Assembly: GCA_039621445.1 (NCBI GenBank)
Contig: CP154954.1
Coordinates: forward strand, 39,083,816-39,147,815
DNA: 64,000 nt
Source of the DNA: Euglena gracilis
Taxonomy: Eukaryota
Direction: 5' to 3'
The position numbers were made by a program, and so were the translations under genes. The notes under the pieces are model-generated. The model had not been told where the DNA came from. It searched no databases and was given only the letters and a program-made list of their open reading frames with translations. Positions 1 to 13,041 of this stretch are shown one piece after another. How positions within the stretch are numbered: position 1 is the stretch's first letter; each line of letters opens with the position of its first letter.

Positions 1-3000
1 CCCAAAATAACAAAATCCCTTGTGTTACACACCCGTTTTGTGGGACAAACCCCTTTGTTTGGCGAACGGTTCGAGGGCCCCAAAATAACAAAATCCCTTG
101 TGTTACCCATTCATTTTGGGGGGGCAAATCCGTTTTGTTGCCCAACTGTTCGAGGGCCCCAAAACAACAATATCCCTTGTGTTACCCATTCATTTTGGGG
201 GGGCAAATCCGTTTTGTTGCCCAACTGTTCGAGGGCCCCAAAACAACAGAATCCCTTGTGTTGCCCACCCGTTTTGTGGGACAAACCCCTTTGTTTGGCG
301 AACGCTTCGAGGGCCCCAAAATAACAAAATCCCTTGTGTTACCCATTCATTTTGGGGGGGCAAATCCGTTTTGTTGCCCAACTGTTCGAGGGCCCCAAAA
401 CAACAATATCCCTTGTGTTACCCATTCGTTTTGGGGGGGCAAATCCGTTTTGTTGCCCAACTGTTCGAGGGCCCCAAAACAACAGAATCCCTTGTGTTGC
501 CCACCCGTTTTGGGGGGGGGGGGCAAATCCCTTTGGTTGCCGAACTGTTCGAGGGCCCCAAAATAACAAAATCCCTTGTGTTACACACCCGTTTTGTGGA
601 ACAAACCCCTTTGTTTGGCGAACGGTTCGAGGGCCCAAAACAACAATATCCCTTGTGTTACCCATTCATTTTGGGGGGGCAAATCCGTTTTGTTGCCCAA
701 CTGTTCGAGGGCCCCAAAACAACAGAATCCCTTGTGTTGCCCACCCGTTTTGGGGGGGGGGAAAATCCCTTTGGTTGCCGAACTGTTCGAGGGCCCCAAA
801 ACAACAAAATCCCTTGTGTTACCCACCCGTTTTGGGGGGGCAAATACCTTTGGTTGCCGAACTGTTCGAGGGCCCCAAAATAACAAAATCCCTTGTGTTA
901 CACACCCGTTTTGTGGGACAAACCCCTTTGTTTGGCGAACGGTTCGAGGGCCCCAAAATAACAAAATCCCTTGTGTTACCCATTCATTTTGGGGGGGGCA
1001 AATCCGTTTTGTTGCCCAACTGTTCGAGGGCCCCAAAACAACAATATCCCTTGTGTTACCCATTCGTTTTGGGGGGGCAAATCCGTTTTGTTGCCCAACT
1101 GTTCGAGGGCCCCAAAACAACAGAATCCCTTGTGTTACCCACCCGTTTTGGGGGGGCAAATCCCTTTGGTTGCCGAACTGTTCGAGGGCCCCAAAATAAC
1201 AAAATCCCTTGTGTTACACACCCGTTTTGTGGGACAAACCCCTTTGTTTGGCGAACGGTTCGAGGGCCCCAAAACAACAATATCCCTTGTGTTACCCATT
1301 CATTTTGGGGGGGGCAAATCCGTTTTGTTGCCCAACTGTTCGAGGGCCCCAAAACAACAATATCCCTTGTGTCACCCATTCATTTTGGGCGGGCAAATCC
1401 GTTTTGTTGCCCAACTGTTCGAGGGCCCCAAAACAACAGAATCCCTTGTGTTGCCCACCCGTTTTGTGGGACAAACGCCTTTGTTTGGCGAACGGTTCGA
1501 GGGCCCCAAAATAACAAAATCCCTTGTGTTACCCATTCATTTTGGGGGGGCAAATCCGTTTTGTTGCCCAACTGTTCGAGGGCCCCAAAACAACAATATC
1601 CCTTGTGTTACCCATTCGTTTTGGGGGGGCAAATCCGTTTTGTTGCCCAACTGTTCGAGGGCCCCAAAACAACAAGATCCCTTGTGTTACCCACCCGTTT
1701 TGGGGGGGGGGGCAAATCCCTTTTGTTGCCCAACTGTTCGAGGGCCCCAAAATAACAAAATCCCTTGTGTTACCCACCCGTTTTGGGGGGGCAAATCCCT
1801 CTGGTTGCCGAACTGTTCGAGGGCCCCAAAATGACAAAATCCCTTGTGTTACCCACCCGTTTTGGGGGGACAAATCCGTTTTGTTGCCCAACTGTTCGAG
1901 GGCCCCAAAACAACAATATCCCTTGTGTTACCCATTCGTTTTGGGGGGGCAAATCCGTTTTGTTGCCCAACTGTTCGAGGGCCCCAAAACAACAGAATCC
2001 CTTGTGTTGCCCACCCGTTTTGGGGGGGGGGGGCAAATCCCTTTGGTTGCCGAACTGTTCGAGGGCCCCAAAATAACAAAATCCCTTGTGTTACACACCC
2101 GTTTTGTGGAACAAACCCCTTTGTTTGGCGAACGGTTCGAGGGCCCAAAACAACAATATCCCTTGTGTTACCCATTCATTTTGGGGGGGCAAATCCGTTT
2201 TGTTGCCCAACTGTTCGAGGGCCCCAAAACAACAGAATCCCTTGTGTTGCCCACCCGTTTTGGGGGGGGGAAAATCCCTTTGGTTGCCGAACTGTTCGAG
2301 GGCCCCAAAACAACAAAATCCCTTGTGTTACCCACCCGTTTTGGGGGGGCAAATACCTTTGGTTGCCGAACTGTTCGAGGGCCCCAAAATAACAAAATCC
2401 CTTGTGTTACACACCCGTTTTGTGGGACAAACCCCTTTGTTTGGCGAACGGTTCGAGGGCCCCAAAATAACAAAATCCCTTGTGTTACCCATTCATTTTG
2501 GGGGGGGCAAATCCGTTTTGTTGCCCAACTGTTCGAGGGCCCCAAAACAACAATATCCCTTGTGTTACCCATTCGTTTTGGGGGGGCAAATCCGTTTTGT
2601 TGCCCAACTGTTCGAGGGCCCCAAAACAACAGAATCCCTTGTGTTACCCACCCGTTTTGGGGGGGCAAATCCCTTTGGTTGCCGAACTGTTCGAGGGCCC
2701 CAAAATAACAAAATCCCTTGTGTTACACACCCGTTTTGTGGGACAAACCCCTTTGTTTGGCGAACGGTTCGAGGGCCCCAAAACAACAATATCCCTTGTG
2801 TAACCCATTCATTTTGGGGGGGCAAATCCGTTTTGTTGCCCAACTGTTCGAGGGCCCCAAAACAACAATATCCCTTGTGTCACCCATTCATTTTGGGCGG
2901 GCAAATCCGTTTTGTTGCCCAACTGTTCGAGGGCCCCAAAACAACAGAATCCCTTGTGTTGCCCACCCGTTTTGTGGGACAAACGCCTTTGTTTGGCGAA

Positions 3001-6000
3001 CGGTTCGAGGGCCCCAAAATAACAAAATCCCTTGTGTTACCCATTCATTTTGGGGGGGCAAATCCGTTTTGTTGCCCAACTGTTCGAGGGCCCCAAAACA
3101 ACAATATCCCTTGTGTTACCCATTCGTTTTGGGGGGGCAAATCCGTTTTGTTGCCCAACTGTTCGAGGGCCCCAAAACAACAAAATCCCTTGTGTTACCC
3201 ACCCGTTTTGGGGGGGGGGCAAATCCCTTTTGTTGCCCAACTGTTCGAGGGCCCCAAAATAACAAAATCCCTTGTGTTACCCACCCGTTTTGGGGGGGCA
3301 AATCCCTCTGGTTGCCGAACTGTTCGAGGGCCCCAAAATGACAAAATCCCTTGTGTTACCCACCCGTTTTGGGGGGACAAATCCGTTTTGTTGCTCAACT
3401 GTTCGAGGGCCCCAAATCAACAAAGTCCCTTGTGTTACCCACCCGTTTTGGGGGGGCAAATCCCTTTGGTTGCCGAACTGTTCGAGGGCCCCAAAACAAC
3501 CAAATCCCTTGTGTTACCCATTCGTTTTGGGGGGCAAATCCGTTTTGTTGCCCAACTGTTCGAAGGCCCCAAAACAACAAAATCCCTTGTGTTGCCCACC
3601 CGTTTTGGGGGGCAAATCCCTTTGGTTGCCGAACTGTTTGAGGGCCCCAAAACAACAAAATCCCTTGTGTTACCCGCCCGTTTTGGGGGGCAAATCCCTT
3701 TGGTTGGCGAACGATTTAAGGGCCCCAAAATAACAAAATCCCTTGTGTTACCCACCCGTTTCGGGGGGCAAATCCCTTTGGTTGGCGAACGGTTCGAAGG
3801 CCCCCAAAATAACAAAATCCCTTGTGTTACCCACCCGTTTTGGGGGGCAAATCCCTTTGGTTGCCCAACTGTTCGAGGGCCCCAAAACAACAAAATCCCT
3901 TGTGTTACCCACCCGTTTTGGGGGGCAAACCCCTTTGGTTGGCGAACGGTTCGAGGGCCCCAAAACAACAAAATCCCTTGTGTTACCCACCCGTTTTGGG
4001 GGGGCAAATCCGTTTTGTTGCCCAACTGTTCGAGGGCCCCAAAATACTAAAATCCCTTGTGTTACCCACCCGTTTTGGGGGGGCAAATCCCTTTTGTTGC
4101 CCAACTGTTCGAGGGCCCCAAAACAACAAAATCCCTTGTGTTACCCACCCGTTTTGGGGGGCAAATCCGTTTTGTTGCCCAACTGTTCGAGGGCCCCAAA
4201 ACAACAAAATCCCTTGTGTTACCCACCCGTTTTGGGGGGCAAACCCCTTTGGTTGGCGAACGGTTCGAGGGCCCCAAAACAACAAAATCCCTTGTGTTAC
4301 CCACCCGTTTTGGGGGGGCAAATCCGTTTTGTTGCCCAACTGTTCGAGGGCCCCAAAATACTAAAATCCCTTGTGTTACCCACCCGTTTTGGGGGGGCAA
4401 ATCCCTTTTGTTGCCCAACTGTTCGAGGGCCCCAAAACAACAAAATCCCTTGTGTTACCCATTCGTTTTGGGGGGCAAATCCGTTTTGTTGCCCAACTGT
4501 TTGAGGGCCCCAAAATAACAAAATCCCTTGTTTTACCCACCCGTTTTGGGGGGCAAATCCCTTTTGCTGCCGAACTGTTCGAGGGCCCCAAAACAACAAA
4601 ATCCCTTGTGTTACCCACCCGTTTTGGGGGGCAAATCCCTTTGGTTGCCGAACTGTTCGAGGGCCCCAAAATAACAAAATCCCTTGTGTTACCCATTCGT
4701 TTTGGGGGGCAAATCCGTTTTGTTGCCCAACTGTTCGAGGGCCCCAAAACAACAAAATCCCTTGTGTTACCCACCCGTTTTGGGGGGCAAATCCCTTTTG
4801 CTGCCGAACTGTTCGAGGGCCCCAAAACAACAAAATCCCTTGTGTTACCCATTCGTTTTGGGGGGCATATCCCTTGTGTTACCCACCCGTTTTGGGGGGC
4901 AAATCCCTTTGGTTGCCGAACTGTTCGAGGGCCCCAAAATAACAAAATCCCTTGTGTTACCCATTCGTTTTGGGGGGCAAATCCGTTTTGTTGCCCAACT
5001 GTTCGAGGGCCCCAAAACAACAAAATCCTTTTGTGTTACCCACCCGTTTTGGGGGGCAAATCCCTTTTGCTGCCGAACTGTTCGAGGGCCCCAAAACAAC
5101 AAAATCCCTTGTGTTACCCATTCGTTTTGGGGGGCATATCCCTTGTGTTACCCACCCGTTTTGGGGGGCAAATCCCTTTGGTTGCCGAACTGTTCGAGGG
5201 CCCCAAAATAACAAAATCCCTTGTGTTACCCACCCGTTTGGGGGGGCAAATCCCTTTGGTTGCCGAACTGTTCGAGGGCCCCAAAACAACAAAATCCCTT
5301 GTGTTACCCATTCGTTTTGGGGGGCATATCCCTTGTGTTACCCACCCGTTTTGGGGGGGCAAATCCCTTTGGTTGCCCAACTGTTCGAGGGCCTCAAAAC
5401 AACAAAATCCCTTGTGTTACCCACCCGTTTTGGGGGGGCAAATCCGTTTTGTTGCCCAACTGTTCGAGGGCCCCAAAACAACAAAATCCCTTGTTTTACC
5501 CACCCGTTTTGGGGGGGGCAAATCCCTTTTGTTGCCCAACTGTTCGAGGGCCCCAAAACAACAAAATCCCTTGTGTTGCCCACCCGTTTTGGGGGGGGCA
5601 AATCCCTTGGTTGCCCAACTGTTCGAGGGCCTCAAAACAACAAAATCCCTTGTGTTACCCACCCGTTTTGGGGGGGCAAATCCGTTTTGTTGCCCAACTG
5701 TTCGAGGGCCCCAAAACAACGAAATCCCTTGTGTTACCCATTCGTTTTGGGGGGGCAAATCCCTTTGGTTGCCCAACTGTTCGAGGGCCTCAAAACAACA
5801 AAATCCCTTGTGTTACCCACCCGTTTTGGGGGGGCAAATCCGTTTTGTTGCCCAACTGTTCGAGGGCCCCAAAACAACGAAATCCCTTGTGTTACCCACC
5901 CGTTTTTGGGGGGGGGGGCAACACCCTTTGGTTGCCGAACTGTTCGAGGGCCCCAAAATAACAAAATCCCTTGTGTTACCCACCCGTTTTGGGGGGGGGG

Positions 6001-9000
6001 CAACACTCTTTGGTTGCCGAACTGTTCGAGGGCCCCAAAACAACAAAATCCCTTGTGTTACCCACCCGTTTTGGGGGGGCAAATCCCTTTTGTTGCCCAA
6101 CTGTTCGAGGGCCCCAAAACAACAAAATCCCTTGTGTTACCCATTCGTTTTGGGGGGCAAATCCGTTTTGTTGCCCAACTGTTTGAGGGCCCCAAAATAA
6201 CAAAATCCCTTGTTTTACCCACCCGTTTTGGGGGGCAAATCCCTTTGGTTGCCGAACTGTTCGAGGGCCCCAAAACAACAAAATCCCTTGTGTTACCCAC
6301 CCGTTTTGGGGGGCAAATCCCTTTGGTTGCCGAACTGTTCGAGGGCCCCAAAATAACAAAATCCCTTGTGTTACCCATTCGTTTTGGGGGGCAAATCCGT
6401 TTTGTTGCCCAACTGTTCGAGGGCCCCAAAACAACAAAATCCCTTGTGTTACCCACCCGTTTTGGGGGGCAAATCCCTTTTGCTGCCGAACTGTTCGAGG
6501 GCCCCAAAACAACAAAATCCCTTGTGTTACCCATTCGTTTTGGGGGGCATATCCCTTGTGTTACCCACCCGTTTTGGGGGGCAAATCCCTTTGGTTGCCG
6601 AACTGTTCGAGGGCCCCAAAATAACAAAATCCCTTGTGTTACCCACCCGTTTGGGGGGGCAAATCCCTTTGGTTGCCGAACTGTTCGAGGGCCCCAAAAT
6701 GACAAAATCCCTTGTGTTACCCATTCGTTTTGGGGGGCATATCCCTTGTGTTACCCACCCGTTTTGGGGGGGCAAATCCGTTTTGTTGCCCAACTGTTCG
6801 AGGGCCCCAAAACAACGAAATCCCTTGTGTTACCCATTCGTTTTGGGGGGGCAAATCCCTTTGGTTGCCCAACTGTTCGAGGGCCTCAAAAAAACAAAAT
6901 CCCTTGTGTTACCCACCCGTTTTGGGGGGGCAAATCCGTTTTGTTGCCCAACTGTTCGAGGGCCCCAAAACAACAAAATCCCTTGTTTTACCCACCCGTT
7001 TTGGGGGGGGCAAATCCCTTTTGTTGCCCAACTGTTCGAGGGCCCCAAAACAACAAAATCCCTTGTGTTGCCCACCCGTTTTGGGGGGGGCAAATCCCTT
7101 GGTTGCCCAACTGTTCGAGGGCCTCAAAACAACAAAATCCCTTGTGTTACCCACCCGTTTTGGGGGGGCAAATCCGTTTTGTTGCCCAACTGTTCGAGGG
7201 CCCCAAAACAACGAAATCCCTTGTGTTACCCATTCGTTTTGGGGGGGCAAATCCCTTTGGTTGCCCAACTGTTCGAGGGCCTCAAAACAACAAAATCCCT
7301 TGTGTTACCCACCCGTTTTGGGGGGGCAAATCCGTTTTGTTGCCCAACTGTTCGAGGGCCCCAAAACAACGAAATCCCTTGTGTTACCCATTCGTTTTGG
7401 GGGGGCAAATCCCTTTGGTTGCCCAACTGTTCGAGGGCCTCAAAACAACAAAATCCCTTGTGTTACCCACCCGTTTTGGGGGGGCAAATCCGTTTTGTTG
7501 CCCAACTGTTCGAGGGCCCCAAAAACACAAAATCCCTTGTGTTACCCACCCGTTTTGGGGGGGCAAATCCCTTTGGTTGCCGAACTGTTCGAGGGCCCCA
7601 AATCAACAAAATCCCTTGTGTTACCCACCCGTTTTGGGGGGCAAACCCCTTTGGTTGGCGAACGGTTCGAGGGCCCCAAAATAACAAAATCCCTTGTGTT
7701 ACCCACCCGTTTTGGGGGGGCAAATCCCTTTGGTTGCCCAACTGTTCGAGGGCCCCAAAACAACAGAATCCCTTGTGTTGCCCACCCGTTTTGGGGGGGG
7801 GGGGCAAATCCCTTTGGTTGCCGAACTGTTCGAGGGCCCCAAAACAACAAAATCCCTTGTGTTACCCACCCGTTTTGGGGGGCAAACCCCTTTGTTTGGC
7901 GAACGGTTCGAGGGCCCCAAAATAACAAAATCCCTTGTGTTACCCATTCGTTTTGGGGGGCAAATCCGTTTTGTTGCCCAACTGTTCGAGGGCCCCAAAA
8001 CAACAAAATCCCTTGTGTTACCCATTCGTTTTGGGGGGGCAAATCCGTTTTGTTGCCCAACTGTTCGAGGGCCCCAAAACAACAAAATCCCTTGTGTTAC
8101 CCACCCGTTTTGGGGGGGCAAATCCCTTTGGTTGCCGAACTGTTCGAGGGCCCCAAAACAACAAAATCCCTTGTGTTACCCACCCGTTTTGGGGGGGCAA
8201 ATCCCTTTGGTTGCCGAACTGTTCGAGGGCCCCAAAATAACAAAATCCCTTGTGTTACACACCCGTTTTGGGGGGCAAATCCATTTGTTTGGCGAACGGT
8301 TCGAGGGCCCCAAAATAACAAAATCCCTTGTGTTACCCATTCATTTTGGGGGGGCAAATCCGTTTTGTTGCCCAACTGTTCGAGGGCCCCAAAACAACAA
8401 AATCCCTTGTGTTACCCATTCGTTTTGGGGGGGCAAATCCGTTTTGTTGCCCAACTGTTCGAGGGCCCCAAAACAACAAAATCCCTTGTGTTACCCACCC
8501 GTTTTGGGGGGGCAAATCCGTTTTGTTGCCCAACTGTTCGAGGGCCCCAAAACAACAGAATCCCTTGTGTTACCCACCCGTTTTGGGGGGGGGAAATCAC
8601 TTTGGTTGCCGAACTGTTCGAGGGCCCCAAAATAACAAAATCCCTTGTGTTACACACCCGTTTTGTGGGACAAACCCCTTTGTTTGGCGAACGGTTCGAG
8701 GGCCCCAAAATAACAAAATCCCTTGTGTTACCCATTCATTTTGGGGGGGCAAATCCGTTTTGTTGCCCAACTGTTCGAGGGCCCCAAAACAACAGAATCC
8801 CTTGTGTTGCCCACCCGTTTTGTGGGACAAACCCCTTTGTTTGGCGAACGGTTCGAGGGCCCCAAAATAACAAAATCCCTTGTGTTACCCATTCATTTTG
8901 GGGGGGGCAAATCCGTTTTTTTGCCCAACTGTTCGAGGTCCCGAAAACAACAAAATCCCTTTTGTTACCCATCCTTTTTGGGGGGGGCAAATCCGTTTTG

Positions 9001-11413
9001 TTGCCCAACTGTTCGAGGGCCCCAAAACAACAGAATCCCTTGTGTTGCCCACCCGTTTTGGGGGGGGGCAAATCCCTTTGGTTGCCGAACTGTTCGAGGG
9101 CCCCAAAATAACAAAATCCCTTGTGTTACACACCCGTTTTGTGGAACAAACCCCTTTGTTTGGCGAACGGTTCGAGGGCCCCAAAACAACAATATCCCTT
9201 GTGTTACCCATTCATTTTGGGGGGGCAAATCCGTTTTGTTGCCCAACTGTTCGAGGGCCCCAAAACAACAATATCCCTTGTGTTACCCATTCATTTTGGG
9301 GGGGCAAATCCGTTTTGTTGCCCAACTGTTCGAGGGCCCCAAAACAACAGAATCCCTTGTGTTGCCCACCGTTTTGGGGGGGGCAAATCCCTTTGGTTGC
9401 CGAACTGTTCGAGGGCCCCAAAACAACAAAATCCCTTGTGTTACCCACCCGTTTTGGGGGGGCAAATCCCTTTGGTTGCCGAACTGTTCGAGGGCCCCAA
9501 AATAACAAAATCCCTTGTGTTACACACCCGTTTTGTGGGACAAACCCCTTTGTTTGGCGAACGGTTCGAGGGCCCCAAAATAACAAAATCCCTTGTGTTA
9601 CCCATTCATTTTGGGGGGGGCAAATCCGTTTTGTTGCCCAACTGTTCGAGGGCCCCAAAACAACAATATCCCTTGTGTTACCCATTCGTTTTGGGGGGGC
9701 AAATCCGTTTTGTTGCCCAACTGTTCGAGGGCCCCAAAACAACAGAATCCCTTGTGTTGCCCACCCGTTTTGTGGGACAAACCCCTTTGTTTGGCGAACG
9801 GTTCGAGGGCCCCAAAATAACAAAATCCCTTGTGTTACCCATTCATTTTGGGGGGGCAAATCCGTTTTGTTGCCCAACTGTCGGGGGGGGGGGGGGGGAG
9901 GCCTGGGGGGGGGGGGGGGGCGGCGGGGGGGGGGGGGGGGGGGGGTGGGGGGGGGGGGTGGGGGGGGTTGGCCGGGGGGGGGGCCCTGGGACTCCGTGCA
10001 ACCCTAGCCACCACAACACCCGGACCCCCCAACCCCCACGAACCGGGCCTGCTTTGGGGCCACTGTGTGGGATGTGTTCACCCGTGGTACTTGCTGTTTT
10101 TTTTTTTTTTTTTTTTTTTTTGGTTGCCCCGAAAACTGTTCGAGGGCCCCAAAATGACAAAATCCCTTGTGTTACCCACCCGTTTTGGGGGGACAAATCC
10201 GTTTTGTTGCTCAACTGTTCGAGGGCCCCAAATCAACAAAGTCCCTTGTGCTACCCACCCGTTTTGGGGGGCAAATCCCTTTGGTTGCCGAACTGTTCGA
10301 GGGCCCCAAAACAACCAAATCCCTTGTGTTACCCATTCGTTTTGGGGGGGCAAATCCGTTTTGTTGCCCAACTGTTCGAGGGCCCCAAAACAACAGAATC
10401 CCTTGTGTTACCCACCCGTTTTGGGGGGGCAAATCCCTTTGGTTGCCGAACTGTTCGAGGGCCCCAAAATAACAAAATCCCTTGTGTTACACACCCGTTT
10501 TGTGGGACAAACCCCTTTGTTTGGCGAACGGTTCGAGGGCCCCAAAACAACAATATCCCTTGTGTAACCCATTCATTTTGGGGGGGCAAATCCGTTTTGT
10601 TGCCCAACTGTTCGAGGGCCCCAAAACAACAATATCCCTTGTGTTACCCATTCATTTTGGGCGGGCAAATCCGTTTTGTTGCCCAACTGTTCGAGGGCCC
10701 CAAAACAACAGAATCCTTTGTGTTGCCCACCCGTTTTGTGGGACAAACCCCTTTGTTTGGCGAACGGTTCGAGGGCCCCAAAATAACAAAATCCCTTGTG
10801 TTACCCATTCATTTTGGGGGGGCAAATCCGTTTTGTTGCCCAACTGTTCGAGGGCCCCAAAACAACAATATCCTTTGTGTTACCCATTCGTTTTGGGGGG
10901 GCAAATCCGTTTTGTTGCCCAACTGTTCGAGGGCCCCAAAACAACAAAATCCCTTGTGTTACCCACCCGTTTTGGGGGGGGGGCAAATCCCTTTGGTTGC
11001 CCAACTGTTCGAGGGCCCCAAAATAACAAAATCCCTTGTGTTACCCACCCGTTTTGGGGGGGCAAATCCCTTTGGTTGCCGAACTGTTCGAGGGCCCCAA
11101 AATGACAAAATCCCTTGTGTTACCCACCCGTTTTGGGGGGACAAATCCGTTTTGTTGCTCAACTGTTCGAGGGCCACCCGTTTTGGGGGGCAAATCCCTT
11201 TGGTTGCCGAACTGTTCGAGGGCCCCAAAACAACCAAATCCCTTGTGTTACCCATTCGTTTTGGGGGGCAAATCCGTTTTGTTGCCCAACTGTTCGAGGG
11301 CCCCAAAACAACAAAATCCCTTGTGTTGCCCACCCGTTTTGGGGGGCAACTCCCTTTTGCTCCCGAACTGTTCGCGGGCCCCAAAATAACAAAATCCCTT
11401 GTGTTACTCACCC
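1..11413. repeat. Tandem satellite array, 78-79 bp monomer (~145 copies), runs off window start
   Basis: Consensus GGGCCCCAAAACAACAAAATCCCTTGTGTTACCCACCCGTTTTGGGGGG(G)CAAATCCCTTTGGTTGCCGAACTGTTCGA repeated head-to-tail. Variation is limited to a few positions and the G-run length. Confidence 0.98.
9881..10135. other. Poly-G/poly-T garbled stretch inside satellite, probable base-calling/consensus artefact
   Basis: Long G and T runs replace about 2-3 monomers. The equivalent position in the duplicate block (~29430-29580) has normal monomers. Confidence 0.7.
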
Positions 11414-12050
11414 GCTTCGAAGGCCTCTTTGTCGGTCTCGTCTTGCAGTTGTTTGAATTGCATGATCAGCTTGAGTGATTTGATTACAGCTCCGTGCCAA
11501 AGGAACGATTATGATGCGCCTAATGTGGCAAAGAAAAGCAGTAAGAAGCACCACAACCAACACCACAACAGCCGGAAAGAAGAGCAGGACCTCACCGGGG
11601 TCTTGTGCGGAGCCGGAGCTGTCCCTGCCTCTCGTTATGCAGAATGCTTGCATTTCTGAAGGATTTTTATATAATCCCTGTTTCGTCATTGGTTTTTTAC
11701 CCCTGCGGACCCTACCGACCTAAATTTCCCATCTGAGGGTGTTCCTGTTGGTGTAAATCACTTATTTGGACCCCTCCGGACCATTTCCGGGTGATTTGGA
11801 CCCGCCACAGACCATTTTTATGACACTGACTAGCTACCGACTAGTTTGCATACAACTTTCTTCACAAAAAGTGAGTGAGACTTTCCCGTAACTACCTTGG
11901 TACATTGGGGTGGGTCGTAGGCCCACATGTCCGCCGACCACCCAGGACCCCTCCCCCCCCTGTCTCGGTGACTCGCTGCCGACCAGGCCGAGTCGGCCGA
12001 CCAATTGGGCGGTCGGCCGACCACCCAGGACCCCCCCCCCCACACCAGTC
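11414..12050. repeat. Dispersed repeat family X (~640 bp), probable non-autonomous DNA-transposon piece
   Basis: Near-identical copy at 30928-31568 and diverged inverted copy at 55115-56770. Contains GTCGGCCGAC palindromes near its CCCC..CCAGTC end. Confidence 0.75.
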
Positions 12051-12096
12051 TACCGCCTAGAGCCCCAAAAAGGCCCCCGGTTCACCTCGCGGGAGG

Positions 12097-12876
12097 GTCG
12101 TACTCCCTCGAGGATAACCGACAAGGGGGGAAGGGACACCGAGGGCGAAGGGCCTCGCAAGGTCTTTGTGCTTCGCCCTCGGTGCCCCTTCATCCCTTGT
12201 CGGTTTTCCCTCAGGGTGCACGAGACCTTGCGAGGCTACGCCTTGCTCGCGGGCGGTGCTGACTGGACTGCTCTGGTTCGCTGGGTCAGGAGGTCCCGCT
12301 TAGTGCCGCCTCGCCGGAGTTGGCTGACGATGCTGCTCTGACTGGGCGCCGCAGCTTCTTGCCCTTGGGGGATGTCCCCCCTCTCCCCCCCTGGCCCCCG
12401 CTCTCTGACCGAGGGCTTTTGAGCACAAATTTTCTTCTGCGGGTGGGGGGCCAAGCTCACAAGGTCTTTGCGCGTCGCCCTCGGTGCTCCTTCCTCCCGT
12501 GTCGTTTTGTCTAGAGGGAGTAAGAGACACCTCGGGCTCGGCACTTTGCCCTCGTGAGTCCAGACTTTGTACTGAAATTAGGGGGGCCAGGGCATTGTGC
12601 AGGGTACCTTGGGCACCAAGCCGTTGATAGTGGGCTGTAAAAGTTTCCACCCCCCCCCCTCCACCGGCCAATTTCACAAACTTCTTGGGCAGAAAGGCCC
12701 CATTTTTTGAGTAACCCAACCCCAGCCCCTCTGGCGGGGTTTGCCCCCCATACCTTTGGGGTACACCTTGTTTTGCCAAAAAGTTTTTTGATGAAAAATT
12801 TTTTTTTGATGAAAGCAACGGTGTCTGCACTTACGGCCCTGAAGGAGGTTTTAATGAAATTAGGAGGGAGCCCCAA
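12097..12876 (-). mobile_element. Degenerate DIRS1-like element family B, 3' end (terminus, ICR, YR C-terminus), interrupted by family A
   Basis: Homologous to the 3' end of A. YR remnants GLSAQEVCEIG and FTAHYQRLGAQG; ICR-like segment ~12457-12560. The uninterrupted version is at 45121-46345. Confidence 0.85.
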
Positions 12877-12940
12877 GTCTCGTACTCCCTCGAGGAAAAC
12901 CGACCAGGGAGGAAGGGACACCGAGGGCGAAGCACAAAGA

Positions 12941-13041
12941 CCTTGTGAGGCCATGCCTTGCTCGCCGGCGGTGCTGTTTGGATTGTTTGCTGCGTTGGGT
13001 TAGGAGTCCCTGCTTAGTGCCGCCTCGCCGGAGTTGGCTGA
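12941..13041. repeat. 3' inverted terminal repeat of DIRS A
   Basis: Reverse complement of 17310-17412 with few mismatches (CCTTGTGAGGCCATGCCTTGCTCGCCGGCG...GGAGTTGGCTGA). Confidence 0.93.

Noticed and set aside
9881..10135. Gly/Pro-rich ORFs or a G-quadruplex insert in the satellite
   Set aside because: The duplicate block has ordinary monomers at this position, so it is most likely a sequencing artefact.
1..11413. Satellite as a CRISPR array
   Set aside because: No unique spacers: the whole monomer is repeated. No cas genes, and the context is eukaryotic TEs.
1..11413. CCCCAAAA/TTTTGGGG as telomeric repeats
   Set aside because: They occur singly and in both orientations within each monomer, never as tandem telomeric arrays.
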